A DNA stretch of 32,000 bases. Origin: an archaeon. Its GTDB lineage: Archaea; Iainarchaeota; Iainarchaeia; Iainarchaeales; JANQMZ01. The position numbers were made by a program, and so were the translations under genes. The DNA lies in NCBI GenBank assembly GCA_028279805.1, contig JANQMZ010000007.1, positions 750,001 through 782,000 of the forward strand. Direction: 5' to 3'. The notes under the pieces are model-generated. The model saw nothing but the letters and a program-made list of their open reading frames with translations, did not search any database and was not told where the DNA came from. Positions 8,092-17,471 of this stretch are shown piece after piece. Each line of letters opens with the position of its first letter. Position 1 is the stretch's first letter.

Positions 8092-9703
8092 TTTCCAATG
8101 GTTCTGTTTCTTCTTGTTTTAAATTTTCCTGTAATTTTTCCAGTCCAAGTTTTTCTTTTACCAGTTTTTCAAGTTTTGTTGTTAAAAATTCTTCTTTTTC
8201 TCCGGTGATATTTTTTAAAGCTCTGGCTATTTCAGGAATATATTTGTAAAACATGTCCTGCTGCATTAATCTTTCTTTTTCCCTTAATTTTCTTTTAATG
8301 TATGTTGCTGTTTTTCTGCCGCAATCCATTAATGATAATCTTAATTCTTCCATTATTTCGTCTTCATCTGCAATTGCCTGTTTTCCTGCTCCCATGTACG
8401 GAACGTGTGCTGAAATAAAATTTACAAAAACTGTTAAAGGAATGCTGTCCAGATCCCTTACCCCGTATCTTTTCCATTCAACGCTTTGTACTGCTTTTGA
8501 AATAGCTCCGCTTCCCGCGTCAAACAGTAATGGAGCCCGGTTGGCAAAACGCATTATTTCAAGGCTTCTTCCTTCCCCGTCAGCTTTTTTTCCCGCGTTT
8601 CCGCCGTATGCTATTCCCACTTCTATCTGGAACGGAAATCCTCCTGCGTAAACTTTTGGCTTTCTTGTAATTGTGTGAACAAATTCAGGTGCAACTATTG
8701 CATTAAGGCTTTTTTTAATCCTGTTTTCTCCAATGGGACTTAATCCGTCTGTGTTTGGCGCAATAAAATCAATTTTTTTAAATGCTTTTATTATTTCTTC
8801 TGATTCCTGCCAACTTAACTGTTTTGGGTCTTTGTTTAAATCAAATTTAACTTTTTTTTCAATTTTTTCAATGCTTGTTGAACCTGTTCTGTCAAAATCG
8901 TTTTTTAAAAAACTTGCAACTTTTTTTGCATCAGTATATTTGCTCATGCTTATTAGTTCATCAACTGTTACTCCGTGCGGATGCGGTTTCATTTCTTTTG
9001 CTTTTTTCGGAATAATTTTAATTGTTCTTTTAAATAATGCTTTTTGTCCTTTTGGTCCTTTGAATTTTATTCTTGCATGAGGGTTTGCGATTGCAGTTCT
9101 TCTCAAATATTCCAAAGGCCCTGTACTTGAATCCCTGTAAATAACATCTTTAAATTTTGCCTGAACTTTTGTTCCCTGAAATTTTCTTTCAACTGTCTGC
9201 ATGTTTGTTATTTTGGGAACATTTTTTTTGGGGTCAATTGTTATTTCAAGCGAAATTGCCTTCCCTTTCTCTGTTCCGGTTAAAACTTTTACCGCTTTTC
9301 CTGTTGTCATCTGGCTTAACATTGTTCCTCCTGATGCTCCTATTCCCTGTTGTCCCCGCATCTGAATCATTCGGTGAAATTTTGTTCCTGCTAAAAGCTG
9401 TCCGAATGCTTTTCCCACTGTTTTTTCTGTTAATCCAGGGCCATTGTCTGTGACAATAATTTCGTAATATTCATTGCCTAATTCTTTTATTTGCACTTCA
9501 ATGTTGGGCAAAATGTTTGATTCTTCGCATGCATCCAGTGAATTTGTAACATATTCATGGACAATTGTGGTCATTGTCCTTATTTTTCCGTATAATCCAA
9601 GCATTTGCTTGTTTTTTTTAAAAAATTCTGCAACTGAATGTTCTTTGAATTCTTTTGCAAGTTCTTCTGCCTGAATATGTTCCATTGCCATTTTTTTTAT
9701 CAC
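8018..9703 (-). CDS. top6B: DNA topoisomerase VI subunit B
   Basis: GHKL ATPase: EYVTNSLDACEE, VTDNGPGLTEKTVGKAFGQLLAGTKF, RGQQGIGASGGTMLSQMTTGK, plus the transducer-domain region. Confidence 0.96.
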   Translation of the reverse strand: MIKKMAMEHIQAEELAKEFKEHSVAEFFKKNKQMLGLYGKIRTMTTIVHEYVTNSLDACEESNILPNIEVQIKELGNEYYEIIVTDNGPGLTEKTVGKAFGQLLAGTKFHRMIQMRGQQGIGASGGTMLSQMTTGKAVKVLTGTEKGKAISLEITIDPKKNVPKITNMQTVERKFQGTKVQAKFKDVIYRDSSTGPLEYLRRTAIANPHARIKFKGPKGQKALFKRTIKIIPKKAKEMKPHPHGVTVDELISMSKYTDAKKVASFLKNDFDRTGSTSIEKIEKKVKFDLNKDPKQLSWQESEEIIKAFKKIDFIAPNTDGLSPIGENRIKKSLNAIVAPEFVHTITRKPKVYAGGFPFQIEVGIAYGGNAGKKADGEGRSLEIMRFANRAPLLFDAGSGAISKAVQSVEWKRYGVRDLDSIPLTVFVNFISAHVPYMGAGKQAIADEDEIMEELRLSLMDCGRKTATYIKRKLREKERLMQQDMFYKYIPEIARALKNITGEKEEFLTTKLEKLVKEKLGLEKLQENLKQEETEPLENEVIEEVETSGEKEDKEKNTKENK

Positions 9704-10260
9704 AATTCAAATTTTTTTTCATTTAATTCTTTTTCATGTAAAACGTTTTCAACGGCATCAATTTCCATTCCGCCTAATAACATTCTTACTGCCTGTTCTC
9801 CTGCCTCAATATTTTCCTCTTCTCCTATTATTGCAATTGTATTTCCGTAAATTGAAATAAAACATTTTGTATCCTGTTCAATTTTGTTTCTTATAAGCCC
9901 TTTTCTCCCTATAACTCTGCCTTTTTTGTGTTGAACTTTTTTTTCTTTTTTTCCAAACATTTCTTTTAATTTTAAAATTCTTAAATAATATTTGTCTTCC
10001 AGTAATTTTAATGCTTTTTCAGGATTAAATCCTCGGCCGACAGCCTGGATAACTTGTAATGCTTTGTGAACATCTAAAGGTTCTCCTTCCACATAAACTT
10101 CGCCTGAATCCGAGTCAATGTTGATTTTTGTTTTGCTTTTTTTCTCTATTTTTCTTTTGTCTGTTCCTTTGACTCCTATTAAAACGCCTATTCTTTCCTG
10201 CGGGATTCTGATGTAATCTGATAACATTAAAAACACCAGCAAATATCCCCCTCTTAACAC
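9700..10260 (-). CDS. KH-domain rRNA assembly protein, Pno1/Dim2-like; MLSDYIRIP at about 10227 is the more likely start
   Basis: Two KH-like segments: IPQERIGVLIGVKGTDKRKIEKKSKTKINID and KGRVIGRKGLIRNKIEQDTKCFISIYG. Located upstream of top6B and downstream of RIO1. Confidence 0.88.
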   Translation of the reverse strand: MLRGGYLLVFLMLSDYIRIPQERIGVLIGVKGTDKRKIEKKSKTKINIDSDSGEVYVEGEPLDVHKALQVIQAVGRGFNPEKALKLLEDKYYLRILKLKEMFGKKEKKVQHKKGRVIGRKGLIRNKIEQDTKCFISIYGNTIAIIGEEENIEAGEQAVRMLLGGMEIDAVENVLHEKELNEKKFEL

Positions 10261-10309
10261 TATTAAAGTAAAAATGTATTATAAAGCTTTTCCTCGTTTT
10301 TCGGGCTTT

Positions 10310-11068
10310 TTAAGGCTTATAAAGCGCTTTTTTTGATTTTATGTCTTTCTTTATTTGCTCTGCTGAAATCCTTAAACCGTTTTTTGAAAAGTATGCTGAC
10401 ACATTTTTTAAATCTTTTTCAAAAAATTCCCGTGCTTTGGGATGGCTTCTTAAAACAGCCTGCCCCACGTCTATAATCACCGGTTCATTGTTAAGGTTCA
10501 GAATATTATACTCGCTTAAATCTGCGTGAATTATTTCTTCTTTGTAAAACATTTTTGCAACAAATTCAACAATTTTTTCATACAAATATTCAAAATTTTT
10601 TATCGGTTTTTCCTTAATTCTTTGAGCCGGTTCTCCGTTTTCCCCTATAAATTCCATTACCAGCACATTGTTTTTGAAAGCAAGTGGAATAGGACAATTA
10701 ACGCCTGCGTTGTTCATTTTTTTTAAATTCATAAATTCTTTTTTTGTCCATTCATTGATGAGACTGGATTTTTTTTTTGAAATTTTTTTAAATCTTATAT
10801 CTCCTTCAATGTATTCGTTCATGTGCTTGAATTTTGATGTTTCTATTTTGTAAATTTTTACAGCTTTATAGTTTCCTGCTTTGTCTTTTGCCCTGAAAAC
10901 ATGTGCTTCTTTTCCTGTGCTTATTACAAATTCTACTTCGTTAAAAATTTTTTTGCCTGCAAGTGAATGAACAGTATTAACAGTCTGGTTGTCAAAAACT
11001 TTTGCAAAAATTTTTTTAACAGTTTTTTCTTTTGTAAAAGAATTAAGATTTTTATCAAGTGCTTTCAT
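10310..11068 (-). CDS. rio1: RIO1-family serine/threonine protein kinase
   Basis: STGKEAHVFRAKDK, VLVMEFIGENG, EIIHADLSEYNILN, PVIIDVGQAVLRSHP. Confidence 0.94.
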   Translation of the reverse strand: MKALDKNLNSFTKEKTVKKIFAKVFDNQTVNTVHSLAGKKIFNEVEFVISTGKEAHVFRAKDKAGNYKAVKIYKIETSKFKHMNEYIEGDIRFKKISKKKSSLINEWTKKEFMNLKKMNNAGVNCPIPLAFKNNVLVMEFIGENGEPAQRIKEKPIKNFEYLYEKIVEFVAKMFYKEEIIHADLSEYNILNLNNEPVIIDVGQAVLRSHPKAREFFEKDLKNVSAYFSKNGLRISAEQIKKDIKSKKALYKP

Positions 11069-11086
11069 AATAAAAACTAAAATTAG

Positions 11087-11416
11087 TCATTCTTCTATTC
11101 CAAGCCCTTTCAAAAGGCCTTTTCTTGCTAAATAATTTTTCTGCCCTCCGATGTAACGCCATATAATATCGGCTTTGCTGGGCTGAAAATCCCATTTTTT
11201 TATGATAAGCAAGTCCCCTTCCCTTATCCACACTCTTTTTTTCATTTTTCCTGAAATTCTGCACTGCCTTTCAACACCGTCTTCACACTGAGCCAGAACC
11301 TGGTCTGTGCCCATCATTTTTTTTGCAACTGCAAACATTTCAAGTCCGTCTTTTTTTGGTGTTCTTAATCTTGAATAACTGTCTTTCCCTTCATCGTGTT
11401 GTTTTTTTTTAACCAA
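11087..11416 (-). CDS. Translation initiation factor aIF1A
   Basis: RLRTPKKDGLEMFAVAKKMMGTDQVLAQCEDGVERQCRISGKMKKRVWIREGDLLIIKKWDFQPSKADIIWRY. Confidence 0.95.
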   Translation of the reverse strand: MVKKKQHDEGKDSYSRLRTPKKDGLEMFAVAKKMMGTDQVLAQCEDGVERQCRISGKMKKRVWIREGDLLIIKKWDFQPSKADIIWRYIGGQKNYLARKGLLKGLGIEE

Positions 11417-11426
11417 TTTTTCACCG

Positions 11427-11717
11427 TTAAATCATGAATATTTGTACATGTGGAATGTCCTGAATTTTAATAATGCTTTTTTCTTTTATTAAACCTTTTC
11501 TTAAAGCTATTTGAATGCATTTTTTTCCCACCATGTTTATGTTGCTGTGCTGGGTTAAAAGTGTTTCAATTTTTTTTTCTTCAGCTTTTTTTCCACGGTA
11601 AAAATTTTCACTTGCTGTAAACTCAATTTCTCCCTGTTTTAATGTTTTTCCTATTAATTCTTTGTCGCATATTGCCAAAACTTTTCCTTTTTGTGATTCA
11701 TGTATTTTGTAAAACAT
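11427..11717 (-). CDS. DUF424 domain protein
   Basis: Resembles the archaeal DUF424 pattern (CDKELIGKTL...FYRG...NMVGKKCIQIALRKGLI...IPHVQIF) next to aIF2-beta. Confidence 0.75.
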   Translation of the reverse strand: MFYKIHESQKGKVLAICDKELIGKTLKQGEIEFTASENFYRGKKAEEKKIETLLTQHSNINMVGKKCIQIALRKGLIKEKSIIKIQDIPHVQIFMI

Positions 11718-11726
11718 TTTACCATT

Positions 11727-12128
11727 TTATTCTTTTATCGGGCTTAAAGCTCCGCATGCGTCACATTTTAACATTTTTACACTGTTTTGTTCTATTATTT
11801 TTGTGTCAGGTTTTCCGCATTCTTTGCATATTACATATTTGTTTACATATTCTTCAAATATTTTTTGAACAGAATCCGGTGAAAATTTTCCGTTTAAAAT
11901 AACGTTTTGCCCTTCAATTGAACCGGATGTTCCTGCTTCCCCGGTTATAAATTTAAAAGCATGTTTAACATTCCTGTGCAAATCTTTTATTGTTTTTTCA
12001 AAATTTCTTATAACTGTTCTTGTTCCCTGTATTTCAGCTTTTAGTTTCGGAACTTCAAATCTTTCATCTGTTTTCTTTTTTTTAGGCATTTTTTCATAAG
12101 CCCTGTCAAGCATTTTTTCATAATCCAT
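11727..12128 (-). CDS. Translation initiation factor aIF2 subunit beta
   Basis: N-terminal MLDRAYEKMP, GTRTVIRNF, central FKFITGEAGTSGSIEGQNVILNGKF, zinc ribbon YVICKECGKPDTKI...MLKCDACGALSPI. Confidence 0.96.
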   Translation of the reverse strand: MDYEKMLDRAYEKMPKKKKTDERFEVPKLKAEIQGTRTVIRNFEKTIKDLHRNVKHAFKFITGEAGTSGSIEGQNVILNGKFSPDSVQKIFEEYVNKYVICKECGKPDTKIIEQNSVKMLKCDACGALSPIKE

Positions 12129-12134
12129 TTTTTT

Positions 12135-12614
12135 TCACCTAATTATTTTTTTTTCAACTTTTAAATTGCTTGCTTCTGTAAAAAATTCATCCTCATTTTT
12201 TTCATCTTTTTTCTTTGTGTTTTTTTTCCATTTTTTTAAAAAAATAATGTTTTCAAGCCTTTTGTTCATTTCTTCCTGGAATGAAAGTTTTTGAATTCCT
12301 TCAATTAAAACAAATAATCCTTTATTTCCCTGCCTTATTTTTCCTATAATTTTTATAATGTCCCCTGTTTGTATTTTTTCCAGTATTTCAAGATTTTCAA
12401 AAACATTTGCATCAATTGTTTGTGTAAAATCATCAATTGTTATTGCTGTAAAATTTTCTCCTTCAAATTTTTTTACAACATTGCCCCATATATTGACACG
12501 GCTTATTTTTTTTTCATCAGGTGTAATAAGATAATTTGTATCAAACTCTTTTTCTCCTTTAACATATTCTCCTTTTATTTCACTTAAAGGTATTTTTAAG
12601 GCTGGTTCCCGCAT
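12135..12614 (-). CDS. OB-fold nucleic-acid-binding (RPA-like) protein
   Basis: KISRVNIWGNVVKKFEGENFTAITIDDFTQTIDANVFEN...IQTGDIIKIIGKIRQGNKGLFVLIEGIQKLS has an OB-fold pattern; the specific family is uncertain. Confidence 0.6.
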   Translation of the reverse strand: MREPALKIPLSEIKGEYVKGEKEFDTNYLITPDEKKISRVNIWGNVVKKFEGENFTAITIDDFTQTIDANVFENLEILEKIQTGDIIKIIGKIRQGNKGLFVLIEGIQKLSFQEEMNKRLENIIFLKKWKKNTKKKDEKNEDEFFTEASNLKVEKKIIR

Positions 12615-12673
12615 TTTTTCACCTGATAATAATATTAATAAGCCTGCTTTGTATTATTAAACGTGGTGTCTTT

Positions 12674-13303
12674 TTGGCTCAAATAAAAAATCTTGAAGAA
12701 TGGCACAAATATGACAAAAAGCTCAGAATTAATCTTATTTTTGTAGGAATAATTGTTTTACTTCTTGTTCTGCTGATTTTTTATTTTTTCACCAGAAATC
12801 CCGCTCTTTTTGAAGACCTTGTTTTAAGTTTTGGACTTTTAGGATTGTTTATAGGTTCAATTATTGCAAACGCTTCAATTATTTTGCCGTTGCCCATTGA
12901 CATTTTTGTTTTTTTGTTCGGCGGTGAAAATTTTTTCGAATTAGGTTTTTTAAATCCTTTATTTTTAGGATTATTAATAGGATTCGGTTCAACTATTGGT
13001 GAAATGTCCGGATACATTTTAGGATTGCTTGGCATTCACAGCATTGAACATTTAAAAAAAGGCGAGTTAAAAAAAGTTATGCAGGTAAAAGAAGCAATAA
13101 AACATTACGGAATGCTTGTAATAGCTTTAGGAGCATTAACACCTTTTCCTTTTGATGTAATCGGAATAGCTTCAGGTTTAATCCGTTACAATGTTAAAAA
13201 ATTTTTCATAGCATGCTTTGCAGGAAAAGCACTGCGTTACACGGTAATAGCTTACGCAGGCTCTTTAAGCATTGGTGCTGTAAGAACAATTTACGGTTTT
13301 TAA
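12674..13303 (+). CDS. VTT/SNARE-associated (DedA/TVP38-like) membrane protein; TTG start
   Basis: Multiple hydrophobic segments; GFGSTIGEMSGYILGLLGI and ALGALTPFPFDVIGIASGLIRYNVKKFFIACFAGKALRYTVIAYAG; GGTG 5 nt upstream of the TTG. Confidence 0.8.
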   Translation: MAQIKNLEEWHKYDKKLRINLIFVGIIVLLLVLLIFYFFTRNPALFEDLVLSFGLLGLFIGSIIANASIILPLPIDIFVFLFGGENFFELGFLNPLFLGLLIGFGSTIGEMSGYILGLLGIHSIEHLKKGELKKVMQVKEAIKHYGMLVIALGALTPFPFDVIGIASGLIRYNVKKFFIACFAGKALRYTVIAYAGSLSIGAVRTIYGF

Positions 13304-14115
13304 AAACCTATTGCGTTTAAAAAAATCCAGATTATTACCATTAAAAGAGTTTGTAATGGCAGGGCAGGCAACGCAATTTTTTTCTTCTGAGCAAAATCCA
13401 AAGTCCATATTAATCCTATTAATGAAAAAAGTAAAACCGCGAAAGGCATTACAAAATGCACCGGATATGGCAAAGTTGTTAAAGAATTTTTTAAAACACT
13501 TGAAGCAAACATTAAAGGAATAACCATATCCCCCGTCCCTAATTGAAATTCATGATTTTTTGTGGGAATTGAAAAAGTAAAAGCCAGTCTTGTTTTAACA
13601 ATTTTTTTAGCCATTACAACCATGTGTTTTGTGCCGAATACCGCTATAATGTCATACACTGACAAAACAATCATAAACATTAAAACAGGAAAAACGCCCA
13701 GGCTTACTCCCATTAAGGCGCCGACACCTGCAACTGCAATTACCGCCGACAAGTTTTTCATCCACAAACTTTCCCTGAAAATATTTTGGGCTATAACCAG
13801 AAACAATGCAAGAGTTATTGACGCGTCAGGAAAAATTGTTTCAAAAACAATAAAGCCTGTCCCAAATAATGCAAACGCTTCAAGTATTTTTAAAAAAAAT
13901 CCGGAACCTTTAACAAATTTTAAAATAAGCAAAAAAAATCCTGTGAAAATTAAAATATAAACAATTAATGCAACAGCATTCTGAACATCTTCCGGATTAT
14001 CCGTAACAATTGTTGTCTGAACATTTTGTTCAATTAAATTTGAAGCAACATATAATCCCAAAATCTGAACAATTAAAAACAATGCAGTTAACTGTAAAAC
14101 AAGTTTTTTGTTCAT
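13300..14115 (-). CDS. Presenilin/signal-peptide-peptidase-like intramembrane aspartyl protease (PSH family)
   Basis: Hydrophobic multi-TM protein with paired catalytic motifs LSVYDIIAV and QLGTGDMVIP plus C-terminal ALPALPLQT (PAL-like motif). Confidence 0.85.
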   Translation of the reverse strand: MNKKLVLQLTALFLIVQILGLYVASNLIEQNVQTTIVTDNPEDVQNAVALIVYILIFTGFFLLILKFVKGSGFFLKILEAFALFGTGFIVFETIFPDASITLALFLVIAQNIFRESLWMKNLSAVIAVAGVGALMGVSLGVFPVLMFMIVLSVYDIIAVFGTKHMVVMAKKIVKTRLAFTFSIPTKNHEFQLGTGDMVIPLMFASSVLKNSLTTLPYPVHFVMPFAVLLFSLIGLIWTLDFAQKKKIALPALPLQTLLMVIIWIFLNAIGF

Positions 14116-14168
14116 AAAAAAAATGCATTGATTGTTTTTTTAACTCTTTTTGCACTATTTTTGTTAAA

Positions 14169-14513
14169 ATGATTAAAAAAAAAACAAATCCGATTCCTTC
14201 AAGTTTAAGAGAAAAAAAACGTTATGTATACTTCAAATTGTCTTTTTCTCAAAAAATTAATTCAAAACATGTTTACAAAGCAGTCTGGGATTCTTTGCTG
14301 GCTTTATTTGGCGCTATTGGCTCCTCCCAGATCGGTTTTCAGTTAATTGAATTTGATTCTTCAACCGGAAAAGGAATTGCAAGATGCATCAGGGGAAAAG
14401 AAAATGAGCTTAAAACAGCCATAGTTTTGGTCAAATCTGTTCAGAATATTAAAGTGCTTCCTGAAATTTTAAGGGTTTCAGGCACATTAAAGTCAATTAG
14501 AGGAGCAAAATAA
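14169..14513 (+). CDS. rnp2: Ribonuclease P protein component 2 (Pop5-like)
   Basis: LREKKRYVYFKL...AVWDSLLALFGAIGSSQIGFQLIEFDSSTGKGIARCIRGKENELKTAIVLVKS...LRVSGTLKSIRGAK. Confidence 0.88.
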   Translation: MIKKKTNPIPSSLREKKRYVYFKLSFSQKINSKHVYKAVWDSLLALFGAIGSSQIGFQLIEFDSSTGKGIARCIRGKENELKTAIVLVKSVQNIKVLPEILRVSGTLKSIRGAK

Positions 14514-14516
14514 TCA

Positions 14517-14524
14517 TATATAAA
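14517..14524 (+). promoter_or_regulatory. Putative TATA box (TATATAAA) for the psmA-exosome operon
   Basis: TATATAAA in the 70-nt gap between the Pop5 stop and psmA, followed by GAGGTG just upstream of the TTG start. Confidence 0.5.
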
Positions 14525-14583
14525 CCTTTTTTAAGCTTCCGCATAAATCTTTAGTATATCAGAAAAAGAAAAGAGGTGTTTTA

Positions 14584-15315
14584 TTGTATCCTTCTTCTGA
14601 CCAGTTAACATCTGGTTATGACCGCGTTTCAACAATGTTTTCCCCAAAAGGAAGACTTTATCAGGTTGAATATGCTTCAAAAATAGTTGAACAGGGCACA
14701 ACAGGCGTTGGTTTTGTCTACAATAACGGTGTTTTGCTTGGAGCTGAAAAAAATGTGGGGTCAAACCTTGTTGTTCCTGAAAGTATTGAAAAATTGTTCA
14801 AAATTGACAAGCATATCGGAATAATTTCCGCAGGACTTGTTGGAGATGCAAGAAGACTTGTAAAAGTTGCGCGTGAAAAAGCTCAGGAAAACAGAATGAC
14901 TTTTGAAGAACCAATTGGTACAGAAACACTTGTTCGTGAAATAGCTGCAATAAAACAGGCAGTAACACAATACGGAGGAATGAGACCTTTTGGAGTTAGT
15001 TTTGTTTTCGGAGGAATAACAAATAACCTTCCAAAAATTTTTGAAACAGAACCATCAGGAGCTTTGGCAGAATATAAAGCTGTTGCAATCGGCCGTGGAA
15101 AAAAAGAAGTGATGAATTTTTTGGAAAAAAATTACAGGCAGGGATTGTCAAAAGAAGCAGGAGTAAAATTATTATTTGATGCTTTAAAAACTGTTAAAAG
15201 AAAAACTCCTTTAACAATTGAAAATCTGGATTTTTCATTTATTGAAGCTGGTGCGGAATACACAAAGCTTTCTTTAAAAGAATTAAAATCTTTTTTAGGC
15301 AATAAAAAATCCTAA
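14584..15315 (+). CDS. psmA: Proteasome subunit alpha; TTG start
   Basis: GYDRVSTMFSPKGRLYQVEYASKIVEQGTTGVGFVYNNGVLLGAEK...YGGMRPFGVSFVFGG; GGTG 5 nt upstream of the TTG. Confidence 0.97.
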   Translation: MYPSSDQLTSGYDRVSTMFSPKGRLYQVEYASKIVEQGTTGVGFVYNNGVLLGAEKNVGSNLVVPESIEKLFKIDKHIGIISAGLVGDARRLVKVAREKAQENRMTFEEPIGTETLVREIAAIKQAVTQYGGMRPFGVSFVFGGITNNLPKIFETEPSGALAEYKAVAIGRGKKEVMNFLEKNYRQGLSKEAGVKLLFDALKTVKRKTPLTIENLDFSFIEAGAEYTKLSLKELKSFLGNKKS

Positions 15316-15353
15316 CAAAATCTTTTTCTGATTTTATTAGGTGAAAAAATAAA

Positions 15354-16052
15354 ATGGTAAAACTAGAGGACGCGGTTATAGCAAGATATGAAAGTGCGGG
15401 GCACAAGTTTGAGGTTTTGGTTGACCCTGATTTGGCTTCGGATATAAAAGAGGGAAAAAAAGTGCAGTTAAACGATTTACTTGCAGCAGAATCTGTTTAC
15501 AAGGATTCAAAAAAAGGAGATGTTGCATCCGAACAAACAGTTATGGAAGTGTTTGGTTCGGATAATCTTGAAGAAATTGTAAAAAAAATAATAAAACAGG
15601 GAGAAGTGCAGCTAACAACCGAACAGAGAAAAAAAATGAAAGAAAAAAAACACAAGGAAATTGTTAATTATATTACAAGAAACGCGTTTAACCCTAAAAA
15701 TAGCATGCCTCATCCTCCTCAAAGGATTGAAACTGCAATGGAAGAAGCAGGCATAAATATTGACAGCATGAAAACAGTTTCAGAACAAATTCCTGAAATT
15801 GTTAAAAACCTGAAAAGGCTTCTGCCTATTTCAATGGAAAAATTAAAAATTGCAATAAAAGTTTCAGCAGCTGATTCCGGAAAAGTTTCAGGAATATTAC
15901 ATCAAAATTTCGGAACACATAAAGAGGAATGGCAGTCAGACGGCTCATTAATTGCATTGCTTGAAATTCCTGCAGGGTTAAAAAATGATTTGTTTGACAA
16001 AGTAAACAAAGCATGTGCTGAAGAGCCAAGTATTAAAATTTTAGAAAAATAA
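15354..16052 (+). CDS. SBDS/Sdo1 ribosome maturation protein
   Basis: LEDAVIARYESAGHKFEVLVDPDLA...GDVASEQTVMEVFGSDNLEEIVKKIIKQGEVQLTTEQR...IVNYITRNAFNPKNSMPHPPQRIETAM. Confidence 0.96.
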   Translation: MVKLEDAVIARYESAGHKFEVLVDPDLASDIKEGKKVQLNDLLAAESVYKDSKKGDVASEQTVMEVFGSDNLEEIVKKIIKQGEVQLTTEQRKKMKEKKHKEIVNYITRNAFNPKNSMPHPPQRIETAMEEAGINIDSMKTVSEQIPEIVKNLKRLLPISMEKLKIAIKVSAADSGKVSGILHQNFGTHKEEWQSDGSLIALLEIPAGLKNDLFDKVNKACAEEPSIKILEK

Positions 16053-16065
16053 AAATGGTGATTTT

Positions 16066-16695
16066 ATGGATAAAAAATTAGTAGTTCCCGGAGAAACAGT
16101 TTCCGAGGAAAGAAAAAGAACAGGTGACAATGTCATCATAAGAGACGGAAAAATAGTTTCAACAGCTTTAGGGCTGGTTTTTGAAAATGATACAACTGCA
16201 GGAGTTATCGCACTTGAAGGCGTTTACATTCCAAAACGCGGAGACATCATTCTAGGAATAATTGAGTCAGAGGTGTTCGGAGGTTATATTGTTGATGTTA
16301 ACCATTCGTTAAAATCATTTATTCCAAAAAAATCAATGATTAAAACATTAAGAAAAGGAAATGTTATAAGTGCAAAAATTTCAGAAGTTAATGAAGTTAA
16401 AGAAATTTCAGTTGAAAATGTCAGAGTTTTTTATGGCGGGGAATTAATTGAAGCTCAGCCGGTAAAAATTCCGAGAATGATTGGAAAAAACGGTTCAATG
16501 TTATCCGTTTTAAAGGAGGGAACAGGCTGTTCTTTGATGATCGGGCGCAACGGATGGGTTTGGGCTAAAGATGGTGACATTAACCTGTTAAAAAAAGCAA
16601 TAAAAAAAATTGAAAAAGAAGCCCATTTGAACGATTTAACAAATTTGATTAAAAAATTTTTAGAAAAAAATAAAACAAAAAAGGTGAGTAAATGA
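16066..16695 (+). CDS. rrp4: Exosome complex RNA-binding subunit Rrp4
   Basis: VVPGETVSE, S1-like PKRGDIILGIIESEVFGGYIVDVN, KH-like VKIPRMIGKNGSMLSVLKEGTGCSLMIGRNGWVWAK. Confidence 0.95.
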   Translation: MDKKLVVPGETVSEERKRTGDNVIIRDGKIVSTALGLVFENDTTAGVIALEGVYIPKRGDIILGIIESEVFGGYIVDVNHSLKSFIPKKSMIKTLRKGNVISAKISEVNEVKEISVENVRVFYGGELIEAQPVKIPRMIGKNGSMLSVLKEGTGCSLMIGRNGWVWAKDGDINLLKKAIKKIEKEAHLNDLTNLIKKFLEKNKTKKVSK

Positions 16696-17471
16696 AAGAA
16701 AAAAAAATTCAATATGTAAAAAACGGAAAAAGACTTGATGGAAGAAAGGTTGATGAATTAAGGCCTATTAAAATTGAAGCAGGTGTTTTGAGCAGAGCAC
16801 AAGGTTCTGCTTATGTTGAATGGGGGCAAAATAAGGCATTAGCAGCTGTTTTTGGTCCGCATGAAGCTTTGCCTCAGCATATTCAGAATCCAAAAAAAGC
16901 TTTGGTTAATTTTGTTTACAGAATGGCTGCATTTTCTGTTCCTGACAGAAAAAATCCAAGGCCCGGAAGGCGTGATATTGAAATTTCAAAAGTCTGCAGT
17001 GAAGCATTGGAAAAAGCAATTCTTGTTGAAAAATTTCCAAACACAATGATTGATGTTTTTGTCCAGATTTTGGACAGCAATGCAGGCACAAGAATCACCG
17101 GTTTAGCCGCTGCTTCAGTTGCATTAGCTGATGCTGGAATTCCGATGAAAGACATGGTTTCAGGTGTTGCAGTCGGAAAAGCCGGAGGAGAAATTTTAAC
17201 CGATTTAACAAAAGACGAAGAAGACGCACCTGACGCAGTTGACATGCCTATTGCAATTCTTCCAAACACGGAAGAAATTGTTTTACTGCAAATGGACGGC
17301 TTGCTAACCACCGATGAATGGAAAAAAGCAAAAGAACTTGGAATACAAGGATGCAAAAAAGTGTACGAATTGCAAAAAGAAGCTTTGTTGAAAAAATATA
17401 AAAATTCTGAAACAAAACAAAAAAAACAAAAACCAAAAACTAAAACCAAAAGCAAGGCGGTGAAAAAATGA
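16692..17471 (+). CDS. rrp41: Exosome complex exonuclease Rrp41
   Basis: KNGKRLDGRKVDELRPIKIEAGVLSRAQGSAYVEWGQNKALAAVFGP..., RNase PH fold. Confidence 0.96.
   Translation: MKEKKIQYVKNGKRLDGRKVDELRPIKIEAGVLSRAQGSAYVEWGQNKALAAVFGPHEALPQHIQNPKKALVNFVYRMAAFSVPDRKNPRPGRRDIEISKVCSEALEKAILVEKFPNTMIDVFVQILDSNAGTRITGLAAASVALADAGIPMKDMVSGVAVGKAGGEILTDLTKDEEDAPDAVDMPIAILPNTEEIVLLQMDGLLTTDEWKKAKELGIQGCKKVYELQKEALLKKYKNSETKQKKQKPKTKTKSKAVKK

Noticed and set aside
12627-12659. 8-bp inverted repeat TAATAATA...TATTATTA between divergent genes (12627-12634 and 12652-12659)
   Set aside because: Pure A/T content in an AT-rich intergenic promoter region makes chance occurrence likely; no other support for an operator.
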